NCBI GenBank assembly: GCA_041288095.1
Contig: JBGGMJ010000158.1
Span: forward strand, 11,133-75,132
From: Myxococcota bacterium
GTDB lineage: Bacteria > Myxococcota > XYA12-FULL-58-9 > JALHOP01
Direction: 5' to 3'
Length of the DNA: 64,000 bases
Part shown: one piece after another, positions 40,227 through 57,793 of the stretch
Position numbering within the stretch: the first letter of the stretch is position 1
Layout: each line of letters opens with the position of its first letter
The notes under the pieces: model-generated
Database searches by the model: none
What the model saw: the letters and a program-made list of their open reading frames with translations, nothing else
What the model was told of the DNA's origin: nothing
Translations under genes and position numbers: made by a program

Positions 40227-42847
40227 TCACGCGTTGGCACGCAGCAATGTTTCGATTTCGGCCTCCCCCATGCTTTCGACCGTGTCGAGCGTACGGGCCA
40301 TGTCGTCGGCCGAGGGACCGTGGTCGGTCAGCAGCACCGGCGTCGCCGGAACTTGCTCGGTCTCGAACCAATAGCGCTGGCGTTGGAAAGCGTAGGTCGG
40401 CAGCACCACGCGTTGACGTTTGAAGCCGGCGTCGACCGCCTTCCAAGCCACGTCGAACCCGGCGGCGTAGAAGGAAGCAACGGCCTCGATGATCGTCTTC
40501 CATTCCACGGCGCGGTCGCTGGTGCCGAGGAAGACCTGACCCTTGCCGAAGGTGTCCTGCTGCGCGGCGCCGCAAACGTCGAGCAGCGCCGTGCAACCAT
40601 GGCGCTTCGCGGCGGCGAACGCCGGCGCGAGACGCACCTCGGACGCGCGCTTCCAGTGCTCGATGCCCAACTCGGAGACGCCGCTCGCAAGCTCGCCGCT
40701 CACATTGGACGCGAGGAGAATGCGCGGCGGCGCGACGCGCCTGACGAGCTCGGTGGGCAAGTGCAGAGGTCCGCCGGCCGCGCTTGCCTTGGCGACTCCG
40801 ATGCTGATGGCCAGGGCGTCGGCGAGGCTCAAGCTCTGCGCGAGAGTGGCGGCGACGACCGCGCCGATGCCGCGTCCGAGCAACACCTCGGGACGCAAGC
40901 CCAGCGACAGCCACGCTTGCCCCAGCGCGTATTGGACCGCGAAGGCGAGCACCGCGCCGGTGGCCGTATCCATGCCGCCGCGCAACGGGCGGTCGGTCGC
41001 CAGGCCCGTCAGGTCGAGGCTCGGCACGGTGAGCAGGGGTCGCGCGTGCTCCTCGCAGCTGGCGAGTGCCGCGCGGATCGCGGGCATGGTCGTGAGCAAG
41101 GAGCGCTCGATGACCGGCGTCACGCTGAGCGTGTCGAAGCACCAGGCGAGCTTGCCGTCGCCCGCGGCGGCCGAGCTACTGCGTAGCCCTTCGCCGCCGG
41201 CTCCCCTCGCGAAGGCATCGACGCCTTGCAGGAGCTCCGCGGTGGTAGCGCCGGTGACCGCGAGCCGGTGCTGAAAATGGGTGCGCCCGGTGTTGGCGGT
41301 GAAGCAAACGTCGGCGACGCGTAGGCTCGGGGTCTCGCGCAGGGTCCGCGCATAGCGACGCGCGAGCCCCTGCAGGGCGGCTTGCGAGCGCGCCGACAAG
41401 GCCAGCACGTGGAGCGGCCGCTCGAGCGGATTCTCGGGCGCGGCGACGACGGGCGGCTCTTCGAGGACGACGTGAGAGTTCGTGCCTTGGAAGGCGAACG
41501 CGCTGATGCTCGCGATGCGCTTGTTGCGGTGGCGCGGCCACGGCCGCCGCTCGGTGGGGAGCAGGAGGCGCAACTCCTCGAGCGGAATGTCCGGGTTCGT
41601 TTCGTTGAGGTTCAGGTTCGGCACCAGCTCGTCATGTTGCAGCGTCAGGATGATCTTGAGCAGGCCCGCCATGCCGGCACCGGCTTCGAGGTGGCCGACG
41701 TTCGTCTTGACCGCGCCGACCGGCAACGGCACCGGACGCTCCACTCCGGTGAGCACGGAAGCGATGCTTTGCAGCTCGATGGGATCGCCGAGCGGCGTCC
41801 CGGTGCCGTGAGCCTCGGCGTAGAGCACGGCCTCGGGACCGACTCCGGCATTCTGCAAGGCCTCGCGAATCACGGCGCGCTGCGCGAGACCGTTCGGGGC
41901 GGTGAGGCTGCTGCTACGGCCGTCTTCGTTGACGGCGGTCCCGCGCACGACGGCGAGAATCTTGTCACCGCGCTCGATGGCGTCGGCGAGGCGACGGACG
42001 ACGAGCACGCCGCAACCCTCACCCCGCGCATAGCCGTCGGCACCGACGTCGAACGTCTTGCAACGGCCGTCCGCCGCGACGAATCGGCCCTTGCAGCAGT
42101 AGACCGTGAACTCGGGGTTCACCATGACGTTGACGCCGCCGACCAACGCGAGATCACAGCGACGCTCGCGCAGATGTTGCCCGGCGAGCTGCAGCGCCAC
42201 GAGCGAAGAGGAGCACATGGTGTCGACCGCCATGGCGGGGCCTTGCAGACCGAGCACGTAGGAGATGCGGCCGGCGGCGACACAAAAGCCGGTGCCCGAG
42301 AACCAATAAGCGTCGATACCTTCCGCACCGGTGCGCTTGAGGTGCTCCATCATGTAGTCGTTGGTGCTGACGCCCACGAACACGCCGGTGCGCGAGCCCA
42401 CGAGCTCGCTGGGCGCTTGACCAGCGCGCTCGAGCGCCTCCCACGAGACCTCGAGCAACAGGCGCTGCTGCGGATCGAGGCTCGCCGCTTCCGGCGGCGC
42501 GATGCCGAAGAACTGTGCGTCGAACTCCGCCAGGTCGACGTCCTTGAGAAAGCCCGACTCGCGCACGTACATCTTGCCCGGCACGTCGGGGTCGGCGTCG
42601 TAATACTTGTCGAGGTCCCACCGCGCGCTGGGAACCTCGCAGATGGCTTCGCGGGCTTCGCGCAGCAGCTGCCAGTAGGCCTCGGGGTCGTTGGCGCCGC
42701 CGGGAAAACGACAGCTGACGCCGACGATGGCGAGCGGCTCTGGTCCCGAGGAAGCCTTGACGCCGTCGACACCCGCGAGCTCGAGAGCGAGCAGCTTGCG
42801 TTTGGCGGGGGACAACTTCGCGAGCAGCTCTTTCAATGCATCCTGGG

Positions 42848-42851
<4 letters not shown>
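40227..42851 (-). CDS. Type I PKS 2: KS - AT0 (internally truncated), no ACP
   Basis: KS DTMCSSS, EAHGTGT, VGHLE. AT GRGIG lacks Ser. LPTYAFQR is followed directly by a docking-like helix. Confidence 0.9.
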
Positions 42852-49831
<6,980 letters not shown>

Positions 49832-49846
49832 CCGGAGTGTAGCGGC

Positions 49847-51529
49847 CTATGGTTGGCCCAGCAACTTGAGCGACGGCGGTATCGTAAATGGCTGTGGCGG
49901 TTGCCATAGGAAGCGGGTTGGGGAGGCCGCGGTGAGGCCGGACCGCTTGAGGAAGTCCAAGGTTACTGAGTTTTTCTCGGTTGCCACGTACTCGGCGGCG
50001 ACACCCGCGAGCCCGACGCGGGCAGCGTGGGCCGTGATCACCCCGAGCATGGCGTCCTCGACGTGACGGTTGAAGACGCGGCAGCTCAAGAGGAAATCGG
50101 CGACCCGGCCCCCGTCACCGTCCCGCTCGAGGCTCGCCACGCCGACCAACCCCGAGTCCCCGAACTTGTCGGCGACGCGAAAGGTCCACATCCAGCGCTG
50201 TTCGGCGCCCAGCCAGCGGCGCAGCTCGTCGGCGTCGACCCGGCGCGTGCGCAGGTTCATTTGGTTGGTCTTGTTGATGAGCTGCAGGGTGCGCTCGAAG
50301 CTGTCTTCATCGAGCAAGCGCACGGTGACCTCGGTCCCGAGGGAGTGCAGCCACTCGTCGACCGAACCGACGCTTTCGCGCACGCGGTTGCGCTCGCGCT
50401 CGGCGACGTACATCCGCGTGCGTTCGCTGTCCTCGCGGCTCGAGGTGACGGAGTCGAAACAACGCAGGTCCGCCAGCGCGTCCGCATAGCGCGTGACGTC
50501 CACGGGCCACTCGGGCACCAGCACCTTCGGCAACGCGTCGCGCACACGGGCGCGCTCCACCGGGTTGTCGTCGATGAATACGACGGCGTCGAGACCGAGG
50601 TTCAGCTCCGACGCGAGCTCGGCGATGTTGGCGGCTTTGTCCTGCCAGTTGATGCGCCACGCGGCGATGTCGTCCTGGGAAAGCACCATCTCGGGATGAC
50701 TCTTGATGGCGGCAAGCGCGCGCGCCTCGTCGTTCTTGCTGGCGACCGCCAGGACGACGCCGCGACGGGTGAGCGCCTTCAGAGCGCGCTGAAAGTCGAC
50801 GTAGGCCTCGCCGATCGGGTCATGCCCGCCAAGGCGGAGCTTCTCCCAACCCACTTCGCCGACCACCCCACCCCACAAGGTGTTGTCGAGGTCGAGCACG
50901 AGAAGCTTCTTGGCGAGGCCGCGCGACGCCCGCAACGTGGCCAGCATATCGGTGGCGGCGCGCTGGAAAACCGCCGGCGCGTACGGAACCTTGGCCGCGT
51001 ACCACATCGTCGGGTTCGCGGGCTCGGCGCCGCTCATCCAGCGCTGCGTGTCGAAGACGTAGACGCCGGCGACGCCCGCGAGCCTGGCCGCGAGGTGCGC
51101 GTTCATCTGCAGCAGCATGCCGCCGACGCCGCGATCGCTGGTCATGTCGAGAGGACCGTGGCCGCGGATGCGCGACGGGTAGGAGAAGGTAGGCACGAAG
51201 ACCACGGCGGTGCCGCGGTCTCGGCAAGCCAGCACGGCATCGCAGAAGACGTCGACGTCGGCGATGGCGGCCTCCACCTCGGCGGGACGGTGCTCGACCC
51301 GAGCCGCGAAAGCGGCCGACATCGCCTCCGGCCGCGCCCACACCACGCAAAAGTCGGCTTTGGCGGACCACAGATCGGACGAGCCATCGAGGAGCGGCGC
51401 GATGACGTTCATGCCGCTCGTCGAGTGGAGCTCGAGAGACCAGCCGTGGTCGCCCGCCTCGAAGGCCTGCGCCAGCGGACCGATGGTGAAATCCGCGACC
51501 AGCACGCCGCGGAGGTTGAGGCTAGCCAC
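49847..51529 (-). CDS. Long FkbH-like HAD-IIIC protein (extra N-terminal domain, C-terminal GNAT-like domain)
   Basis: LDLDNTLWGG, ASKN, INWQDK, FIDDNPVER, KTNQMN, DKFGDSG, LSCRV. About 200-aa N-terminal extension. Confidence 0.9.
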   Translation of the reverse strand: MASLNLRGVLVADFTIGPLAQAFEAGDHGWSLELHSTSGMNVIAPLLDGSSDLWSAKADFCVVWARPEAMSAAFAARVEHRPAEVEAAIADVDVFCDAVLACRDRGTAVVFVPTFSYPSRIRGHGPLDMTSDRGVGGMLLQMNAHLAARLAGVAGVYVFDTQRWMSGAEPANPTMWYAAKVPYAPAVFQRAATDMLATLRASRGLAKKLLVLDLDNTLWGGVVGEVGWEKLRLGGHDPIGEAYVDFQRALKALTRRGVVLAVASKNDEARALAAIKSHPEMVLSQDDIAAWRINWQDKAANIAELASELNLGLDAVVFIDDNPVERARVRDALPKVLVPEWPVDVTRYADALADLRCFDSVTSSREDSERTRMYVAERERNRVRESVGSVDEWLHSLGTEVTVRLLDEDSFERTLQLINKTNQMNLRTRRVDADELRRWLGAEQRWMWTFRVADKFGDSGLVGVASLERDGDGGRVADFLLSCRVFNRHVEDAMLGVITAHAARVGLAGVAAEYVATEKNSVTLDFLKRSGLTAASPTRFLWQPPQPFTIPPSLKLLGQP

Positions 51530-51821
51530 CCGCGGCCTCCACGAAGGCCGTGACCCGGGCAACGAGGTCGGCGACCTTGGCGGGTCGCTGGCTGCGGCTG
51601 AAGAACGACTCGTCGGTCGTCAGGCTCGGCGCGGCGGCGAAGGCTTCCCGCAGCTTTCCGTCGAGGGCGACGATCAACGTGACCAAGCCGAGCGAATCGA
51701 GGCCCGCGAGGCTCGTGTCATCGGTGCTTTGCAGGTGTTTCGCCGCCGGCAACTGCTGATTCACGGCGGCGATGGCCGCCTGCACCGCGCCGCGCACCTG
51801 TTGTTCGCGTCCTCCAGCCAT
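51522..51821 (-). CDS. Discrete acyl carrier protein 2
   Basis: About 100 aa with GLDSLGLVTL; overlaps the start of the long FkbH gene. Confidence 0.75.
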   Translation of the reverse strand: MAGGREQQVRGAVQAAIAAVNQQLPAAKHLQSTDDTSLAGLDSLGLVTLIVALDGKLREAFAAAPSLTTDESFFSRSQRPAKVADLVARVTAFVEAAGG

Positions 51822-51836
51822 CACCAACCTCCACCG

Positions 51837-52826
51837 CTATCGCGGATGAGAAGCATAGAATCGGAGCATGCGTTCGGCGTCCTTGACCAGCGTTTGCGCC
51901 ACCGGTGGCAGGGCGATGACCTTGCGGGTCCGGGACGCGACTACCAGCGCGTTGGTGCGCTCGAGATGAATCTCGGAGACCGTGTCGACGACGCCGACGA
52001 CGGTGAAATCCTGCGCTGGCGTGCCGAGCGCCTCGAGGTCGTTCGAGATGCTCACGCGCAAATCGATGCGCAGGACATCCTCGCCGCGGCAACGGTCGAA
52101 CAGCATGGTCTCGCTGTCGACGACCGACAACATGTCCACGATCGCGGTCGGGAAAGGCGTTTGCACCATGCGCGTGAGCACCTGGCGCTGCGCGAAGTCG
52201 AGCACGCGCACGAACTGGCTGCAGGTCACCGGGTGGCCGGGCGCGCAATCGCGGCCGGCGCTGATTTGGTAAGAGAGGCGCGCGCCACGGGTGACGTTGC
52301 CGACGAAGCCCTCGTCGAGCGTGCCGATGCCCCGCACGTCGCGAAAGCGTTGAATGGATTGTGGCGCGGCGTCGAGCTGCGGCAACGTCGCCAGCAGCTC
52401 GGCGCGCGGCAACGACATCTCGGGCTCGCGACCGTCGTCCTCGAGCCAGAAGGCACCGCTCGCCGCCATCGACGGCAAGTCGGTCGGGGCGCGTTTTTCC
52501 GGGTCTTCGGTGAGCTCCGACGTCGAGCCCAACGCGCACTTCGTCTCGAACAGCATGTTGCCGTAGCTGCCGCCGGTGACGCCGAGCCGCAGGTGGTCCC
52601 AGGCGCTGAAGCGGCGCAGCAAACGCGATACCGGCACGGTGAGGCGAGTGACGTAATTGCCGAAGTGCAGGATCTTGCCGGCCCGATTGGTGATCTGCGC
52701 CGCGGTGTTCGAGCGACCGGCGACCAAGCGCGACGACTGCGCCGCGGCGGCGAGCGTCGTCGCGGCGTATTCGTCGACGACGCCGACCCCGACGTGCGCG
52801 TAACTGAGCTGTTGCTCGATCAACAT
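51837..52826 (-). CDS. Hypothetical protein, possibly double-hotdog fold (LnmK-like)
   Basis: 329 aa, strong RBS GAGGAGG, in operon. Segments LSYAHVG..DE and YQISAGRD...SQFVRVLD loosely recall LnmK-type proteins; the fold is inferred. Confidence 0.5.
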   Translation of the reverse strand: MLIEQQLSYAHVGVGVVDEYAATTLAAAAQSSRLVAGRSNTAAQITNRAGKILHFGNYVTRLTVPVSRLLRRFSAWDHLRLGVTGGSYGNMLFETKCALGSTSELTEDPEKRAPTDLPSMAASGAFWLEDDGREPEMSLPRAELLATLPQLDAAPQSIQRFRDVRGIGTLDEGFVGNVTRGARLSYQISAGRDCAPGHPVTCSQFVRVLDFAQRQVLTRMVQTPFPTAIVDMLSVVDSETMLFDRCRGEDVLRIDLRVSISNDLEALGTPAQDFTVVGVVDTVSEIHLERTNALVVASRTRKVIALPPVAQTLVKDAERMLRFYASHPR

Positions 52827-52842
52827 CCGCCGCGATTCCTCC

Positions 52843-53622
52843 TCAGCGCGCCTTGGTCTCGATCCAAGCCTTGGTGAACACGGAGTCGTCGACCGCCGAG
52901 GTATCCATCTGCAGCGCCTTCACCAGCGTGAAGCGCTCCTTGTCGATGCGATCTTGCACGCGGTACTCCTTGACCATGGTGACGGTCTCGCCGTTCACCT
53001 GGGTCTTCGAGTATCCGGTATAGAAGACGGTGCGAAGCGCCTTCCCGGAGGCGGAGTAGGTCTCCATCTTCAACGGGTTGCCGCTCGCCTTCTCGATCCA
53101 GAAGTCGACGAGAGGCTCGCCGGTGTCCGACCCGGGCTTGGCCTTGAGCTTCAGATGGTGGACGTCGAAGCTACCGACCTTCTCCTCGGCGACGTACTCC
53201 GCGTCGTAGTCCGAGTTCAGCGACCAGGTGTCGAAGTCGGCGGCGCGTACGTCACCGACCTGGATGAACTCGCGGGCCGTGCGCCGGTCCCACTTGCCGC
53301 TGCTGGCGTCGTATGCCCAGCTGTTGCCGTCGATGCGCAAGAAGGCGCGCCCGGCCTCGGTCTTCGGCTTGATGAAGAGCACCGTCATGCGGTGACTCGC
53401 GTCGCGGCGATAGATGACGCACTCGTAGGCGCGCACCGGGTAGTCCTTGCGGTGGTCCTCGATGAAGACGTGACGCGTGAAGTCGCTCGGATAGCTGAAG
53501 CGCTTGTCGATGACCTTCAGCATGCCGACGACCTCATCGTGAGACGGCGCGGCGCGGGCGACAGAGACGGCGGTGAATGAGCAGAGCAACCAGGTAAGCA
53601 ACACGCGCATGACAGACCTCAT
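52843..53622 (-). CDS. Outer-membrane lipoprotein-sorting (LolA-like) protein
   Basis: Signal peptide, LFIKPKTEAG..FLR, DDSVFTKAWIE. TGATG coupling to the permease. Confidence 0.8.
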   Translation of the reverse strand: MRSVMRVLLTWLLCSFTAVSVARAAPSHDEVVGMLKVIDKRFSYPSDFTRHVFIEDHRKDYPVRAYECVIYRRDASHRMTVLFIKPKTEAGRAFLRIDGNSWAYDASSGKWDRRTAREFIQVGDVRAADFDTWSLNSDYDAEYVAEEKVGSFDVHHLKLKAKPGSDTGEPLVDFWIEKASGNPLKMETYSASGKALRTVFYTGYSKTQVNGETVTMVKEYRVQDRIDKERFTLVKALQMDTSAVDDSVFTKAWIETKAR

Positions 53623-54977
53623 CAGAAAGTGTCGCGCATGGCGTCGGTCGGGCCAATGCGCGCCGCCTGCGCGGCGGGGTACAGCGCCGCGGCAACGGTA
53701 ATGCACACCATGAGAAAGAGAACGAAGAACAGGTGACCGTACGAAACCGCCATGTGTAACGTATCGCCGAACAGCAGGTAGCGCGCGGTGCTGTTCGCGA
53801 GCGTCACGCCGGCGCCGTTGACGGCGGCGACGATGACGAGCCCAACGGCCGCGCCCAAGCCCACGGCCATCACCGCGAGCAGCGCGGTCTCGAGAAGCAC
53901 CATGCCGACGAGCTGCGCTGGCGAGATACCGAGCGCGCGCAAGGTACCGAGCTCGACGGTGCGCGACCGCACCGCCACCGTAGTGGCGCTGATGGCACCG
54001 AGCCCAACCACGAGACAGAGCATGGCAGTCAGCACGATCAAGATGATCTTAGACGCGTGAACGCGCCAATCCATCCACCACATTTCGTTCGACCACGGCC
54101 CAATCTCGAAACGCTGGCCAATCCAGCTCTCGCTCCAGGCGTCCCAGAGCTTGAAAATCGCCTGTGTCGACCGCGGGATGGAGAGCTCCCAGTTGGCGGC
54201 GGCAAAGCCTTCACGCAGGGTGGCGGCCGCCTCGTCGATGCGGCGGATGCTGGGCAGGCGCAGGCCGACGATGGTCGTCTGCGTCGGCTGCAAGGTGAGC
54301 AGCGTGCGCGCCGTTTCCTTGTCCGAATAGCAGAAGAAGTTACTGAAGTCGGGCACGTCACGGACGACGGCGACCACGGTGGCATCGACGGCGCTCTCGA
54401 TGGCCTGCGTGGCGGTGACGCGCAGGGTGATCGTGTCGTTGACGTCCACGCCGAGCTTGCGTGCTTGCTCGGCGAAGATCACCACGCTGTGTGGCTCGCG
54501 AAGCCGCTCGATGTCGCCTACGACCTCCGCGCCAGCGCCATCGACGTATTCGTGGCGCGGCGCCGGCACGAGCACCTCGGCGAGGCCTCGGTCCTTCGCG
54601 ATATCGACACCGTAATAGAAGATGCAAGTCGTCTCGGAGTTGTTGCTGGAGAGGCCGGTGAGTCCGCGAATGCGGTCATCGACGAACGCGTCGGGCACCA
54701 GCCGCTGCGCCAGCGCCATCACCTCGTCACGCTTGTCGATCGCGAAGGTGCCGAAGCTGCGGCGGTTCTTCAGGTAGCCCAGCACGTGCACCTGGCCACC
54801 GCCGAGGATCGACGAGACCTCGACGACGCGATCCGCGACGCCCTGCAGCAGGCCCATCGACAGCACGAGGAGCAACGTCGCGGCGGCGACGGCCGCGCCC
54901 ACCAAGCGGTTGCGCTTCTTCGCCTGGAACAGGTAGCGAACGCTCAAGCGTATCCACAGAGGCATCTGCATGCTCAC
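53622..54977 (-). CDS. ABC transporter permease (FtsX/LolC-E-like)
   Basis: N-terminal TM, periplasmic domain, RTVELGTLRALG, C-terminal TMs, PAAQAARIGP. GTGA overlap with the upstream permease. Confidence 0.88.
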   Translation of the reverse strand: MSMQMPLWIRLSVRYLFQAKKRNRLVGAAVAAATLLLVLSMGLLQGVADRVVEVSSILGGGQVHVLGYLKNRRSFGTFAIDKRDEVMALAQRLVPDAFVDDRIRGLTGLSSNNSETTCIFYYGVDIAKDRGLAEVLVPAPRHEYVDGAGAEVVGDIERLREPHSVVIFAEQARKLGVDVNDTITLRVTATQAIESAVDATVVAVVRDVPDFSNFFCYSDKETARTLLTLQPTQTTIVGLRLPSIRRIDEAAATLREGFAAANWELSIPRSTQAIFKLWDAWSESWIGQRFEIGPWSNEMWWMDWRVHASKIILIVLTAMLCLVVGLGAISATTVAVRSRTVELGTLRALGISPAQLVGMVLLETALLAVMAVGLGAAVGLVIVAAVNGAGVTLANSTARYLLFGDTLHMAVSYGHLFFVLFLMVCITVAAALYPAAQAARIGPTDAMRDTF

Positions 54978-57103
54978 CAGCGTTGCCGCATCGCGACTTG
55001 CGGCTCGGTAGATGCCGCCTCGAATGCCGGAAGTGCGGTGGCGATGAGACTGCCAACCACGGTGGCTGATATCGCGCCGATCAACTCGGCGACGCCGAGC
55101 ACCGGAAATAGACGCGGACCGCCGAAGATGACCTCCATGGCCGGCGATTGCGCCGGTATGCCATAGCGGCCGACCCAGGCGAGCAGCGCCACACCGGCGG
55201 CGGCGCCGACCAAAGCGGAGAGGAAGCTCAAGATCAGAGATTCGCACATCAACAAGCGCAGGACGAATCCCCGGCTCGCGCCTTGCGCCCGCAGCGTGCC
55301 GATCTCGCCTTCACGGCCGGCGGTGGCGATGACCACGCCGAGGTTCGCGACGATCAGCGTCACCAGGAAGACGGCGATGCCGCCCATGCCGATCTGCACC
55401 TGCAAGAACGAGAGCTGCGTCGCGAATCGAGACGCCGCCTCGCGCCATGTGCTCACCCGCGCCGAGACACCGGCGCTCTGGAGCGCCGCGGACAGCCGGG
55501 CTCGAGCCGCCTCGACACCATGCTCGTCAGCCAACCAGACGACGACCGCCGGCACCAGGTCGCCGGTCGTCGCGGCGCCGGCTTTCTTGGCCGCGTCCTT
55601 GCGGAAGCTCTTGCCTTCGTCGAGCGCCGAGTCGACGAGCGCCGTGAAGCCCCCGGCCCCGGCATGCAGCTCCTCTTCGACCACGAAAGCGCCGCCGAAG
55701 AGCGCCGCCTCGTCGGACTTGCTCATGCCCTCCGCGGCGCCGATGCCGTAGCGCTCGCGCATGCCGGCCATCTCGGCCAGCGTCTCGGCGGTGGGCTCGC
55801 CGTAGATCTCGCGGAAGGTCGCGAAGTCCACGAGGTTGTAGGAAACGTGCTTGGCCATCTGCACGCCGCGGAAGCGGTAGGTGCCGAACACCGTGGCGCG
55901 CACCGACTTCGGAGCGCCGTCACGCCCGCGCGAGTTGACCGAAACGATATCGCCGACGTCGACCGAGTACTTGCGCAGCAACGGCGCGATCGCCTCGTAG
56001 ATGAAGGCACGCCGCTTGGCGAAGTTGTCGTTGTCGACGGCGAGCAGGCCACGAAGCTGAGCACCGAGCTCACCGTCGAGCGTCGGGTCGAACGCGCGAA
56101 TACGCTCCCGCAGCGCCGCGACCTTGTCGGCCGGCAATTGCAGCCCGATGAGGTCGTACATTTCGACGAGGCGCGCGCGCCGCTGGCTCATGTCGGCATC
56201 CGACAGCCGGCCTCGGCTCGCGAGCAGCTCGGCCAAGTCGTCGAGCGCCAGCAGCACGGGATGGCGAGCTTGAGCCTCGCGTCGATCGTGCTCGAGCAGG
56301 ATGCCGCGCACCCCCGGGGGAATGAGCTTGCCCGAGACCAGCTCGAAGCGCCCCGAGGCTTTTTGCAACGCCTCGAAGTCCACGCCGAGCACCGGCGAGC
56401 GCAAGATGCGCGTGTCTCCGGCCCAGCGCACGATCTTGGTGTCGAGGAACTCGATGCCCTTGGCCGGGTCCTGCTCGAGCTCCGTCCAGAACGTATCGCT
56501 CACCGCTCGCTCGAGGGCCTGGACGGCACCGGCATTTTCGGCGGCGTCCCTGGCAAGGCTGCCGTAGCCCGCTTTCACGTGATTCAGCATGACGCCCGCC
56601 GCTTGGCGAATGTCCGCGATCACGGCCGCGGCATCGCCACGCGGCTCACGCTCGTAGAGCCGGCGAAGCGCCTGGACCTTCTCTTGGAGCGGACTGTTGA
56701 TGCGAATGTTGGCGTTCCAGATACCGATTGGCGCGAAGCCACGCACCTCCGGCGCTTGCTCGAGCACCTTGGCGACCGCTTCGTAGTCCTTGAGATTTCC
56801 GCTATCGCGTTGCTCGGCGGTCCAAGCGGTCACCAGCATGTCGAGCGTGTCGCGGGCTCCATTCGAGTAGACCTGGAGGTGACCGACGAACGATTCGGTC
56901 AAGCTATGCTCGAGCGCTTGCGAGCTCGAGCGCACCACGGAGCCAATCACGATCAACAGCGCCGTGTTGAGCATGAAGCTCAAGGAGAGCGTGAGGCTTT
57001 TGCCTCGGTGCGCGAGCACCGAGCGCCACGCCAGGCCGACCAGCAACCGAACTCGACTCAGCACGTGAGCACTCGCGGGAACGATCGCATCAGGCCGCCG
57101 CAC
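54974..57103 (-). CDS. ABC transporter permease (FtsX-like) with a large periplasmic domain
   Basis: REGEIGTLRAQG and C-terminal TMs; about 500-aa soluble domain. Confidence 0.85.
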   Translation of the reverse strand: MRRPDAIVPASAHVLSRVRLLVGLAWRSVLAHRGKSLTLSLSFMLNTALLIVIGSVVRSSSQALEHSLTESFVGHLQVYSNGARDTLDMLVTAWTAEQRDSGNLKDYEAVAKVLEQAPEVRGFAPIGIWNANIRINSPLQEKVQALRRLYEREPRGDAAAVIADIRQAAGVMLNHVKAGYGSLARDAAENAGAVQALERAVSDTFWTELEQDPAKGIEFLDTKIVRWAGDTRILRSPVLGVDFEALQKASGRFELVSGKLIPPGVRGILLEHDRREAQARHPVLLALDDLAELLASRGRLSDADMSQRRARLVEMYDLIGLQLPADKVAALRERIRAFDPTLDGELGAQLRGLLAVDNDNFAKRRAFIYEAIAPLLRKYSVDVGDIVSVNSRGRDGAPKSVRATVFGTYRFRGVQMAKHVSYNLVDFATFREIYGEPTAETLAEMAGMRERYGIGAAEGMSKSDEAALFGGAFVVEEELHAGAGGFTALVDSALDEGKSFRKDAAKKAGAATTGDLVPAVVVWLADEHGVEAARARLSAALQSAGVSARVSTWREAASRFATQLSFLQVQIGMGGIAVFLVTLIVANLGVVIATAGREGEIGTLRAQGASRGFVLRLLMCESLILSFLSALVGAAAGVALLAWVGRYGIPAQSPAMEVIFGGPRLFPVLGVAELIGAISATVVGSLIATALPAFEAASTEPQVAMRQRW

Positions 57104-57782
57104 CGGAATCGACGAAGTTGCCGTCGCGCATGCGCACCGCCACGTCGGCGATCTGCATGAGCGGCTCGTGATGCGTCGAGAAGATGATGGTGGTGTTGTA
57201 CTTCTTCGGCAGCGAGCGAATCAGATCGACGACGACCGTCGAGGTCCGCGAGTCGAGGTTCGCCGTCGGCTCGTCGGCGAGCACCAGCGGCGGCCGCTTG
57301 ACGACGGCACGCGCGATGGCGACGCGCTGCTGCTCACCACCCGAGAGCTCGCTCGGCTTGCGGTTCGCCTTCTCGCCGAGACCGACGTCGGCGAGGATTT
57401 GATGAACCACCTTGGCGCGCTCACCCGCGGTCATGCCGCCGGCGAGCAGCAGCGGCATCTCCACGTTCTGAAAGGCGGTGAACACGTGCAGCAGGTTGAA
57501 CGATTGGAAGACGAAGCCGACCTTGCGCAAGCGATAAGCGTCCTGGCCCGCGCGATCGAGGTTCGAGATGTCGGCACCGTCGACCCGGATCTCGCCCGAG
57601 GTCGGCCGGTCCATGCCGCCGACCAAGTTGAGCAGGGTCGACTTACCGCTGCCGCTCTGGCCGGCGATCGCCAAGAACTGGCCGGCCTTCACATTGAGAC
57701 TCGCGCCCCGCAGCGCTTCGACCGTCTGGTTGCCCAGGCGGTACTCTTTGCGCACGTTGCGGAGCTCGACGATGTAATCCAT
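57090..57782 (-). CDS. ABC transporter ATP-binding protein (LolD/MacB-like)
   Basis: [41 protein letters not shown]. Start at MDYIVEL. Confidence 0.95.
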   Translation of the reverse strand: MDYIVELRNVRKEYRLGNQTVEALRGASLNVKAGQFLAIAGQSGSGKSTLLNLVGGMDRPTSGEIRVDGADISNLDRAGQDAYRLRKVGFVFQSFNLLHVFTAFQNVEMPLLLAGGMTAGERAKVVHQILADVGLGEKANRKPSELSGGEQQRVAIARAVVKRPPLVLADEPTANLDSRTSTVVVDLIRSLPKKYNTTIIFSTHHEPLMQIADVAVRMRDGNFVDSGAAA

Positions 57783-57793
57783 TTGCGGTGTCC

